Assembly (NCBI GenBank): GCA_002189035.1
Contig: NEEC01000240.1
Location: forward strand, 1 to 42,297
Direction of reading: 5' to 3'
From: Utricularia gibba
Lineage: Eukaryota > Plantae > Magnoliophyta
DNA length: 42,297 nucleotides
Below, in pieces: positions 1 to 11,300 of this stretch; position 1 is the stretch's first letter, and every line of letters starts with the position of its first letter. Under the pieces are notes generated by a model. That model did not search any database, was not told the DNA's origin, and saw only the letters and a program-made list of their open reading frames with translations. The position numbers were made by a program, and so were the translations under genes.

Positions 1-3000
1 GGGTCGGGCTCGGGCCCATAGTCATTTGTAGCCCGGGAAAAAAAGTGATCCATTTATTAACGTTGGGTTTTCGGCAGCTGCTTACATGGTTTCTGAAGGA
101 AAAGCTTGTCGTTTTTGGTGGGTGCTTTGTTGGGAAGTTCATCCGGACCCAAGGTTCGGTTCGACTCCTGAGCCAATCGGGTCCTATTCGAAAATCGTGA
201 TGCATTTATTGAAGTTAGGATGTCATGAGCACCCCAAATGGTTTTCTCAACCACAACTTTTTATTTGAGGAGGCGCTCTCGAGGGGCACTAGGATCTGGC
301 CGGAGGTCTTGTCGAACGGGCCCATAGTCATTTGTAGCCCGGCAAAAAAAGTGATCCATTTATTAACGTTGGGTTTTCGGCAGCTGCCTACATTGTTTCT
401 GAAGGAAAAGCTTGTCGTTTTTGGGTGGGTGCTTTCGTTGGGAAGTTCATCCGGACCAAGGTTCGGTTCGACTCCTGAGCCAAATCGGGTCCTATTCGAC
501 GAAAATCGTGATGCATTTTTTGAAGTTAGGATGTCATGAGCACCCCAAATGGTTTTCTCACCACAACTTTTTATTTGAGGAGGCGCTCTCGAGGGGCACT
601 AGGATCGGGCCGGAGGTCGTCGAATCGGGCCCATAGTCATTTGTAGCCCGGCAAAAAAAGTGATCCATTTATTAACGTTGGGTTTTCGGCAGCTGCCTAC
701 ATGTTTCTGAAGGAAAAGCTTGTCGTTTTTGGGTGCTTTCGTTGGGAAGTTCATCCGGACCCAAGGTTCGGTTCGACTCCTGAGCCCAATCGGGTCCTAT
801 TCGACGAAAATCGTGATGCATTTATTGAAGTTAGGATGTCATGAGCACCCCAAATGGTTTTCCAACCACACTTTTTATTTGAGGAGGCGCTCTCGAGGGG
901 CACTAGGATCGGCCGGAGGTCGTCGATCGGCCCATAGTCATTTGTAGCCCGGCAAAAAAGTGATCCATTTATTAACGTTGGGTTTCGGCAGCTGCCTACA
1001 TGTTTTTCTGAAGGAAAAGCTTGTCGTTTTTGGGTGGGTGCTTTCGTTGGAAGTTCATCCGGACCCAAGGTTCGTTCGACTCCTGAGCCCCGGGTCCTAT
1101 TCGACGAAAATCGTGATGCATTTATTGAAGTTAGGATGTCATGAGCACCCCAAATGGTTTTCTCATCCACAAGCTTTATATTTGAGGAGGCGCTCTCGAG
1201 GGGCACCAGGATCGGGCCGGAGGTCGGGTCGGGCTCGGGCCCATAGTCATTTGTAGCCCGGGAAAAAAAGTGATCCATTTATTAACGTTGGGTTTTTCGG
1301 CAGCTGCTTACATGGTTTCTGAAGGAAAAGCTTGTCGTTTTTGGGTGGGTGCTTTTGTTGGGAAGTTCATCCGGACCCAAGGTTCGGTTCGACTCCTGAG
1401 CCCAATCGGGTCCTATTCAACGAAAATCGTGATGCATTTATTGAAGTTAGGATGTCATGAGCACCCCAAATGGTTTTCCAACCACATACTTTTTATTTGA
1501 GGAGGCGCTCTCGAGGGGCACTAGGATCGGCCGGAGGTCGTCGATCGGCCCATAGTCATTTGTAGCCCGGGAAAAAAAGTGATCCATTTATTAACGTTGG
1601 GTTTTCGGCAGCTGCCTACATTGTTTCTGAAGGAAAAGCTTGTCGTTTTTGGGGGTGCTTTCGTTGGGAAGTTCATCCGGACCCAAGGTTCGGTTCGACT
1701 CCTGCGCCAAATCGGGTCCTATTCAACGAAAATCGTGATGCATTTATTGAAGTTAGGATGTCATGAGCACCCAAATGGTTTTCCAACCACATACTTTTTA
1801 TTTGAGGAGGCGCTCTCGAGGGGCACTAGGATCGGCCGGAGGTCGTCGTCGGGCCCATAGTCATTTGTAGCCCGGCAAAAAAAGTGATCCATTTATTAAC
1901 GTTGGGTTTTCGGCAGCTGCCTACATTGTTTCTGAAGGAAAAGCTTGTCGTTTTTGGGTGGGTGCTTTCGTTGGGAAGTTCATCCGGACCCAAGGTTCGT
2001 TCGACTCCTGAGCCCAATCGGGTCCTATTCGACGAAAATCGTGATGCATTTATTGAAGTTAGGATGTCATGAGCACCCCAAATGGTTTTCTCAACCACAA
2101 CTTTTATTTGAGGAGGCGCTCTCGAGGGGCACTAGGATCGGCCGGAGGTCGTCGTCGGGCCCATAGTCATTTGTAGCCCGGCAAAAAAAGTGATCCATTT
2201 ATTAACGTTGGGTTTTCGGCAGCTGCCTACATTGTTTCTGAAGGAAAAGCTTGTCGTTTTTGGTGGGTGCTTTCGTTGGGAAGTTCATCCGGACCCAAGG
2301 TTCTTTCGACTCCTGAGCCCATCGGGTCCTATTCGACGAAAATCGTGATGCATTTATTGAAGTTAGGATGTCATGAGCACCCCAAATGGTTTTCTCAACC
2401 ACAACTTTTTATTTGAGGAGGCGCTCTCGAGGGGCACTAGGATCGGCCGGAGGTCGTCTCGGGCCCATAGTCATTTGTAGCCCGGCAAAAAAAGTGATCC
2501 ATTTATTAACGTTGGTTTTCGGCAGCTGCCTACATTGTTTCTGAAGGAAAAGCTTGTCGTTTTTGGGTGGGTGCTTTCGTTGGGAAGTTCATCCGGACCC
2601 AAGGTTCGTTCGACTCCTGAGCCCAATCGGGTCCTATTCGACGAAAATCGTGATGCATTTATTGAAGTTAGGATGTCATGAGCACCCCAAATGGTTTTCT
2701 CATCCACAAGCTTTATATTTGAGGAGGCGCTCTCGAGGGGCACCAGGATCGGGCCGGAGGTCGGGTCGGGCTCGGGCCCATAGTCATTTGTAGCCCGGCA
2801 AAAAAAGTGATCCATTTATTAACGTTGGGTTTTCGGCAGCTGCCTACATTGTTTCTGAAGGAAAAGCTTGTCGTTTTTGGGTGGGTGCTTTCGTTGGGAA
2901 GTTCATCCGGACCCAAGGTTCGGTTCGACTCCTGAGCCCAATCGGGTCCTATTCGACGAAAATCGTGATGCATTTATTGAAGTTAGGATGTCATGAGCAC

Positions 3001-6000
3001 CCCAAATGGTTTTCAACCACAACTTTTTATTTGAGGAGGCGCTCTCGAGGGGCACTAGGATCGGCCGGAGGTCTGTCGTCGGGCCCATAGTCATTTGTAG
3101 CCCGGCAAAAAAAGTGATCCATTTATTAACGTTGGGTTTTCGGCAGCTGCCTACATTGTTTCTGAAGGAAAAGCTTGTCGTTTTTGGGTGGGTGCTTTCG
3201 TTGGGAAGTTCATCCGACCCAAGGTTCGTTCGACTCCTGAGCCATCGGGTCCTATTCGACGAAAATCGTGATGCATTTATTGAAGTTAGGATGTCATGAG
3301 CACCCCAAATGGTTTTCTCATCCACAAGCTTTATATTTGAGGAGGCGCTCTCGAGGGGCACCAGGATCGGGCCGGAGGTCGGGTCGGGCTCGGCCCATAG
3401 TCATTTGTAGCCCGGAAAAAAAGTGATCCATTTATTAACGTTGGGTTTTCGGCAGCTGCTTACATGGTTTCTGAAGGAAAAGCTTGTCGTTTTTGGTGGG
3501 TGCTTTCGTTGGGAAGTTCGTCCGGACCCAAGGTTCGGTTCGACTCCTGGCCCAATCGGGTCCTATTCACGAAAATCGTGATGCATTTATTGAAGTTAGG
3601 ATGTCATGAGCACCCAAATGGTTTTCCAACCACAACTTTTTATTTGAGGAGGCGCTCTCGAGGGGCACTAGGATCGGCCGGAGGTCGTCGAAATCGGGCC
3701 CATAGTCATTTGTAGCCCGGCAAAAAAAGTGATCCATTTATTAACGTTGGGTTTTCGGCAGCTGCCTACATTGTTTCTGAAGGAAAAGCTTGTCGTTTTT
3801 GGTGGGTGCTTTCGTTGGGAAGTTCATCCGGACCCAAGGTTCGTTCGACTCCTGCCCCATCGGTCCTATTCGACGAAAATCGTGATGCATTTATTGAAGT
3901 TAGGATGTCATGAGCACCCAAATGGTTTTCTCACAACTTTTTATTGAGGAGGCGCTCTCGAGGGGCACTAGGATCGGCCGGAGGTCGGTCGTCGGGCCAT
4001 AGTCATTTGTAGCCGGGCAAAAAAAGTGATCCATTTATTAACGTTGGGTTTTCGGCAGCTGCCTACATTGTTCTGAAGGAAAAGCTTGTCGTTTTTGGGT
4101 GGGTGCTTTCGTTGGGAAGTTCATCCGGACCCAAGGTTCGGTTCGACTCCTGAGCCCAATCGGGTCCTATTCACGAAAATCGTGATGCATTTATTGAAGT
4201 TAGGATGTCATGAGCACCCCAAATGGTTTTCTCATCCACAAGCTTTATATTTGAGGAGGCGCTCTCGAGGGGCACCAGGATCGGGCCGGAGGTCGGGTCG
4301 GGCTCGGGCCCATAGTCATTTGTAGCCCGGCAAAAAAAGTGATCCATTTATTAACGTTGGGTTTTCGGCAGCTGCCTACATTGTTTCTGAAGGAAAAGCT
4401 TGTCGTTTTTGGGTGGGTGCTTTCGTTGGGAAGTTCATCCGGACCCAAGGTTCGGTTCGACTCCTGAGCCCAATCGGGTCCTATTCAACGAAAATCGTGA
4501 TGCATTTATTGAAGTTAGGATGTCATGAGCACCCCAAATGGTTTTCCAACCACACTTTTTATTTGAGGAGGCGCTCTCGAGGGCACTAGGATCTGGCCGG
4601 AGGTCGTCGAAATCGGGCCCATAGTCATTTGTAGCCCGGCAAAAAAAGTGATCCATTTATTAACGTTGGGTTTTCGGCAGCTGCCTACATTGTTTCTGAA
4701 GGAAAGCTTGTCGTTTTTGGGTGGGTGCTTTCGTTGGGAAGTTCATCCGGACCCAAGGTTCGTTCGACTCCTGAGCCCATCGGGTCCTATTCGACGAAAA
4801 TCGTGATGCATTTATTGAAGTTAGGATGTCATGAGCACCCCAAATGGTTTTCTCATCCACAAGCTTTATATTTGAGGAGGCGCTCTCGAGGGGCACCAGG
4901 ATCGGGCCGGAGGTCGGGTCGGGCTCGGGCCCATAGTCATTTGTAGCCCGGCAAAAAAGTGATCCATTTATTAACGTTGGGTTTTCGGCAGCTGCTACAT
5001 GGTTTCTGAAGGAAAAGCTTGTCGTTTTTGGTGGGTGCTTTCGTTGGGAAGTTCATCCGGACCCAAGGTTCGGTTCGACTCCTGAGCCCATCGGTCCTAT
5101 TCAACGAAAATCGTGATGCATTTATTGAAGTTAGGATGTCATGAGCACCCCAAATGGTTTTCTCACCACAAGCTTTTTTTGAGGAGGCGCTCTCGAGGGG
5201 CACTAGGATCGGGCCGGAGGTCGGGTCGGCTCGGGCCCATAGTCATTTGTAGCCCGGAAAAAAGTGATCCATTTATTAACGTTGGGTTTTCGGCAGCTGC
5301 CTACATGGTTTCTGAAGGAAAAGCTTGTCGTTTTTGGGTGGGTGCTTTCGTTGGAAGTTCATCCGGACCCAAGGTTCGGTTCGACTCCTGCCCAATCGGG
5401 TCCTATTCCGAAAATCGTGATGCATTTATTGAAGTTAGGATGTCATGAGCACCCCAAATGGTTTTCCAACCACAACTTTTTATTGAGGAGGCGCTCTCGA
5501 GGGGCACTAGGATCTGGCCGGAGGTCGGTCGAAATCGGGCCCATAGTCATTTGTAGCCCGGCAAAAAAAGTGATCCATTTATTAACGTTGGGTTTTCGGC
5601 AGCTGCCTACATTGTTTCTGAAGGAAAGCTTGTCGTTTTTGGGTGGGTGCTTTCGTTGGGAAGTTCATCCGCCCAAGGTTCGTTCGACTCCTGAGCCCAT
5701 CGGGTCCTATTCGACGAAAATCGTGATGCATTTATTGAAGTTAGGATGTCATGAGCACCCCAAATGGTTTTCTCATCCACAAGCTTTATATTTGAGGAGG
5801 CGCTCTCGAGGGGCACAGGATCGGCCGGAGGTCGGGTCGGCTCGGCCCATAGTCATTTGTAGCCCGGGAAAAAAAGTGATCCATTTATTAACGTTGGGTT
5901 TTCGGCAGCTGCCTACATGGTTTCTGAAGGAAAAGCTTGTCGTTTTTGGGTGGGTGCTTTCGTTGGGAAGTTCATCCGGACCCAAGGTTCGGTTCGACTC

Positions 6001-8042
6001 CTGAGCCCAATCGGGTCCTATTCAACGAAAATCGTGATGCATTTATTGAAGTTAGGATGTCATGAGCACCCCAAATGGTTTTCTCAACCACAACTTTTTA
6101 TTTGAGGAGGCGCTCTCGAGGGGCACCAGGATCGGCCGGAGGTCGGGTCGGGCTCGGGCCCATAGTCATTTGTAGCCGGCAAAAAAAGTGATCCATTTAT
6201 TAACGTTGGGTTTTCGGCAGCTGCCTACATGGTTTCTGAAGGAAAAGCTTGTCGTTTTTGGGTGGTGCTTTCGTTGGGAAGTTCATCCGGACCCAAGGTT
6301 CGGTTCGACTCCTGCGCCCAATCGGGTCCTATTCACGAAAATCGTGATGCATTTATTGAAGTTAGGATGTCATGAGCACCCAAATGGTTTTCCAACCACA
6401 ACTTTTATTTGAGGAGGCGCTCTCGAGGGGCACTAGGATCTGGCCGGAGGTCGTCGAATCGGGCCCATAGTCATTTGTAGCCCGGCAAAAAAGTGATCCA
6501 TTTATTAACGTTGGGTTTTCGGCAGCTGCCTACATTGTTTCTGAAGGAAAAGCTTGTCGTTTTTGGTGGGTGCTTTCGTTGGGAAGTTCATCCGGACCCA
6601 AGGTTCGGTTCGACTCCTGAGCCCAATCGGGTCCTATTCGACGAAAATCGTGATGCATTTATTGAAGTTAGGATGTCATGAGCACCCCAAATGGTTTTCT
6701 CATCCACAAGCTTTATATTTGAGGAGGCGCTCTCGAGGGGCACCAGGATCGGCCGGAGGTCGGGTCGGGCTCGGGCCCATAGTCATTTGTAGCCCGGGAA
6801 AAAAAGTGATCCATTTATTAACGTTGGGTTTTCGGCAGCTGCTTACATGGTTTCTGAAGGAAAAGCTTGTCGTTTTTGGGTGGGTGCTTTCGTTGGGAAG
6901 TTCATCCGGACCCAAGGTTCGGTTCGACTCCTGGCCCAATCGGGTCCTATTCAACGAAAATCGTGATGCATTTATTGAAGTTAGGATGTCATGAGCACCC
7001 CAAATGGTTTTCCAACCACAACTTTTATTTGAGGAGGCGCTCTCGAGGGGCACTAGGATCGGCCGGAGGTCGTCGAAATCGGGCCCATAGTCATTTGTAG
7101 CCCGGCAAAAAAAGTGATCCATTTATTAACGTTGGGTTTTCGGCAGCTGCCTACATTGTTTCTGAAGGAAAAGCTTGTCGTTTTTGGTGGGTGCTTTCGT
7201 TGGGAAGTTCATCCGGACCCAAGGTTCGGTTCGACTCCTGGCCCAATCGGGTCCTATTCACGAAAATCGTGATGCATTTATTGAAGTTAGGATGTCATGA
7301 GCACCCCAAATGGTTTTCTCATCCACAAGCTTATATTTGAGGAGGCGCTCTCGAGGGGCACCAGGATCGGCCGGAGGTCGGGTCGGGCTCGGCCCATAGT
7401 CATTTGTAGCCCGGCAAAAAAGTGATCCATTTATTAACGTTGGGTTTTCGGCAGCTGCCTACATTGTTTCTGAAGGAAAAGCTTGTCGTTTTTGGGTGGG
7501 TGCTTTCGTTGGGAAGTTCATCCGGACCCAAGGTTCGTTCGACTCCTGAGCCAATCGGGTCCTATTCGACGAAAATCGTGATGCATTTATTGAAGTTAGG
7601 ATGTCATGAGCACCCCAAATGGTTTTCTCATCCACAAGCTTTATATTTGAGGAGGCGCTCTCGAGGGGCACCAGGATCGGGCCGGAGGTCGGGTCGGGCT
7701 CGGGCCCATAGTCATTTGTAGCCCGGGAAAAAAGTGATCCATTTATTAACGTTGGGTTTTCGGCAGCTGCTACATGGTTTCTGAAGGAAAAGCTTGTCGT
7801 TTTTGGGTGGGTGCTTTCGTTGGGAAGTTCATCCGGACCCAAGGTTCGGTTCGACTCCTGAGCCCAATCGGGTCCTATTCGACGAAAATCGTGATGCATT
7901 TATTGAAGTTAGGATGTCATGAGCACCCCAAATGGTTTTCCAACCACATACTTTTTATTTGAGGAGGCGCTCTCGAGGGGCACTAGGATCGGCCGGAGGT
8001 CGGTCGATCGGGCCCATAGTCATTTGTAGCCCGGCAAAAAAA

Positions 8043-8200
8043 GTGATCCATTTATTAACGTTGGGTTTTCGGCAGCTGCCTACATTGTTTCTGAAGGAAA
8101 AGCTTGTCGTTTTTGGGTGGGTGCTTTCGTTGGGAAGTTCATCCGGACCCAAGGTTCGGTTCGACTCCTGAGCCCAATCGGGTCCTATTCAACGAAAATC
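8043..8200 (+). repeat. Subunit H1 (158 bp) of the dimeric monomer
   Basis: Begins GTGATCCATTTATTAACGTTGGGTTTTC, which matches the start of H2 at 22 of 28 positions. Collinear similarity continues through the subunit. Confidence 0.85.
8158..8168 (+). promoter_or_regulatory. RNA polymerase III B-box-like motif GGTTCGACTCC (representative copy; most monomers carry it, others GTTCGACTCC)
   Basis: Exact match to the tRNA B-box consensus GGTTCGANTCC. No convincing A box upstream, and function is untested. Confidence 0.35.
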
Positions 8201-8357
8201 GTGATGCATTTATTGAAGTTAGGATGTCATGAGCACCCCAAATGGTTTTCTCATCCACAAGCTTTATATTTGAGGAGGCGCTCTCGAGGGGCACCAGGAT
8301 CGGGCCGGAGGTCGGGTCGGGCTCGGGCCCATAGTCATTTGTAGCCCGGGAAAAAAA
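8201..8357 (+). repeat. Subunit H2 (157 bp) of the dimeric monomer
   Basis: Begins GTGATGCATTTATTGAAGTTAGGATGTC. Its AAGCTT, TTTGAGGAGGCGCTCTCGAGGGG and GGTCGGGTCGGGCTC lie at positions equivalent to H1's AAGCTT, TTTGGGTGGGTGCTTTCGTTGGG and GGTTCGGTTCGACTC. Confidence 0.85.
8288..8327 (+). other. G-rich TCGGG micro-repeat and potential G-quadruplex in tail A (representative copy)
   Basis: GGGG-CACCAGGATC-GGG-CCGGAGGTC-GGG-TC-GGG-CTC-GGG has five G-tracts with loops of 10, 9, 2 and 3 nt. Confidence 0.45.
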
Positions 8358-11300
8358 GTGATCCATTTATTAACGTTGGGTTTTCGGCAGCTGCCTACAT
8401 GGTTTCTGAAGGAAAAGCTTGTCGTTTTTGGTGGGTGCTTTCGTTGGGAAGTTCATCCGGACCCAAGGTTCGGTTCGACTCCTGAGCCCAATCGGGTCCT
8501 ATTCAACGAAAATCGTGATGCATTTATTGAAGTTAGGATGTCATGAGCACCCCAAATGGTTTTCCAACCACACTTTTTATTTGAGGAGGCGCTCTCGAGG
8601 GGCACTAGGATCGGCCGGAGGTCTTGTCGAAATCGGGCCCATAGTCATTTGTAGCCCGGCAAAAAAAGTGATCCATTTATTAACGTTGGGTTTTCGGCAG
8701 CTGCCTACATTGTTTCTGAAGGAAAAGCTTGTCGTTTTTGGGTGGGTGCTTTCGTTGGGAAGTTCATCCGGACCCAAGGTTCGGTTCGACTCCTGAGCCC
8801 AATCGGGTCCTATTCACGAAAATCGTGATGCATTTATTGAAGTTAGGATGTCATGAGCACCCCAAATGGTTTTCCAACCACAACTTTTTATTTGAGGAGG
8901 CGCTCTCGAGGGGCACCAGGATCGGCCGGAGGTCGGGTCGGGCTCGGGCCCATAGTCATTTGTAGCCCGGCAAAAAAAGTGATCCATTTATTAACGTTGG
9001 GTTTTCGGCAGCTGCCTACATGGTTTCTGAAGGAAAAGCTTGTCGTTTTTGGGTGGGTGCTTTCGTTGGGAAGTTCATCCGGACCCAAGGTTCGGTTCGA
9101 CTCCTGAGCCCAATCGGGTCCTATTCGACGAAAATCGTGATGCATTTATTGAAGTTAGGATGTCATGAGCACCCCAAATGGTTTTCTCATCCACAAGCTT
9201 TATATTTGAGGAGGCGCTCTCGAGGGGCACCAGGATCGGGCCGGAGGTCGGGTCGGGCTCGGGCCCATAGTCATTTGTAGCCCGGAAAAAAAGTGATCCA
9301 TTTATTAACGTTGGGTTTTCGGCAGCTGCTTACATGGTTTCTGAAGGAAAAGCTTGTCGTTTTTGGGTGGGTGCTTTCGTTGGGAAGTTCATCCGGACCC
9401 AAGGTTCGGTTCGACTCCTGAGCCCAATCGGGTCCTATTCGACGAAAATCGTGATGCATTTATTGAAGTTAGGATGTCATGAGCACCCCAAATGGTTTTC
9501 CAACCACAACTTTTTATTTGAGGAGGCGCTCTCGAGGGGCACTAGGATCGGGCCGGAGGTCGGGTCGGGCTCGGGCCCATAGTCATTTGTAGCCCGGCAA
9601 AAAAAGTGATCCATTTATTAACGTTGGGTTTTCGGCAGCTGCCTACATGGTTTCTGAAGGAAAAGCTTGTCGTTTTTGGGTGGGTGCTTTCGTTGGGAAG
9701 TTCATCCGGACCCAAGGTTCGGTTCGACTCCTGAGCCCAATCGGGTCCTATTCAACGAAAATCGTGATGCATTTATTGAAGTTAGGATGTCATGAGCACC
9801 CCAAATGGTTTTCCAACCACAACTTTTTATTTGAGGAGGCGCTCTCGAGGGGCACTAGGATCTGGCCGGAGGTCGTCGTCGGGCCCATAGTCATTTGTAG
9901 CCCGGCAAAAAAAAGTGATCCATTTATTAACGTTGGGTTTTCGGCAGCTGCCTACATTGTTTCTGAAGGAAAAGCTTGTCGTTTTTTGGGTGGGTGCTTT
10001 CGTTGGGAAGTTCATCCGGACCCAAGGTTCGGTTCGACTCCTGAGCCCAATCGGGTCCTATTCGACGAAAATCGTGATGCATTTATTGAAGTTAGGATGT
10101 CATGAGCACCCCAAATGGTTTTCTCATCCACAAGCTTTATATTTGAGGAGGCGCTCTCGAGGGGCACCAGGATCGGGCCGGAGGTCGGGTCGGGCTCGGG
10201 CCATAGTCATTTGTAGCCCGGGAAAAAAGTGATCCATTTATTAACGTTGGGTTTTCGGCAGCTGCTACATGGTTTCTGAAGGAAAAGCTTGTCGTTTTTG
10301 GGTGGGTGCTTTCGTTGGGAAGTTCATCCGGACCCAAGGTTCGGTTCGACTCCTGAGCCCAATCGGGTCCTATTCGACGAAAATCGTGATGCATTTATTG
10401 AAGTTAGGATGTCATGAGCACCCCAAATGGTTTTCCAACCACAACTTTTTATTTGAGGAGGCGCTCTCGAGGGGCACTAGGATCTGGCCGGAGTCGTCGA
10501 AATCGGGCCCATAGTCATTTGTAGCCCGGCAAAAAAAGTGATCCATTTATTAACGTTGGGTTTTCGGCAGCTGCCTACATTGTTTCTGAAGGAAAAGCTT
10601 GTCGTTTTTGGGTGGGTGCTTTCGTTGGGAAGTTCATCCGGACCCAAGGTTCGGTTCGACTCCTGCGCCCAATCGGGTCCTATTCGACGAAAATCGTGAT
10701 GCATTTATTGAAGTTAGGATGTCATGAGCACCCCAAATGGTTTTCTCATCCACAAGCTTTATATTTGAGGAGGCGCTCTCGAGGGGCACCAGGATCGGGC
10801 CGGAGGTCGGGTCGGGCTCGGGCCCATAGTCATTTGTAGCCCGGCAAAAAAGTGATCCATTTATTAACGTTGGGTTTTCGGCAGCTGCCTACATTGTTTC
10901 TGAAGGAAAAGCTTGTCGTTTTTGGGTGGGTGCTTTCGTTGGGAAGTTCATCCGGACCCAAGGTTCGTTCGACTCCTGAGCCCAATCGGGTCCTATTCGA
11001 CGAAAATCGTGATGCATTTATTGAAGTTAGGATGTCATGAGCACCCCAAATGGTTTTCTCATCCACAAGCTTTTATTTGAGGAGGCGCTCTCGAGGGGCA
11101 CCAGGATCGGGCCGGAGGTCGGGTCGGGCTCGGGCCCATAGTCATTTGTAGCCCGGAAAAAAAGTGATCCATTTATTAACGTTGGGTTTTCGGCAGCTGC
11201 CTACATGGTTTCTGAAGGAAAAGCTTGTCGTTTTTGGGTGGGTGCTTTCGTTGGGAAGTTCATCCGGACCCAAGGTTCGGTTCGACTCCTGCGCCCAATC

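Larger units (their letters stand above)
8043..8357 (+). repeat. Representative full-length 315-bp monomer (head Y, tail A)
   Basis: 315 bp between successive GTGATCC starts. The consensus is about 50% GC by hand count (159/315). It contains GGCAGCTGCC (8071-8080), AAGCTT (8100-8105, 8259-8264), CTCGAG and GGGCCC. Confidence 0.95.

Noticed and set aside
8059-8134. Further ~70-80-bp sub-periodicity within subunits (CGTTGGG at H1 positions 17 and 86)
   Set aside because: Only a 7-mer is shared and the flanks do not align.
8125-8141. CENP-B-box-like TTTCGTTGG(G)AAG
   Set aside because: It matches only the left half of YTTCGTTGGAARCGGGA. The essential CGGG half is absent (TTCA instead), and I found no TTCG-N4-A-N2-CGGG on either strand.
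8119-8238. Hammerhead-like arrangement on the minus strand (GGGTGC-UC ... CGGAUGA-ACUUCCCAAC-GAAA-GCACCC), considered because newt Sat2, schistosome Sm-alpha and Dolichopoda satellites carry hammerheads
   Set aside because: Stem III pairs, but the core reads CGGAUGA instead of CUGANGA in all copies I checked. Stem II (ACUUCCCAAC) cannot pair and stem I does not form next to the cleavage site. The + strand CTGAAGG also fails. An Infernal search with hammerhead models would settle it.
8030-8344. The 315-bp unit is a multiple of 3, and one + frame has a single TAG per monomer (104 sense codons)
   Set aside because: At about 50% GC, having one or fewer stops in 105 codons in one of six frames has a rough probability of 0.2-0.25. 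Variants and indels do not preserve the frame.
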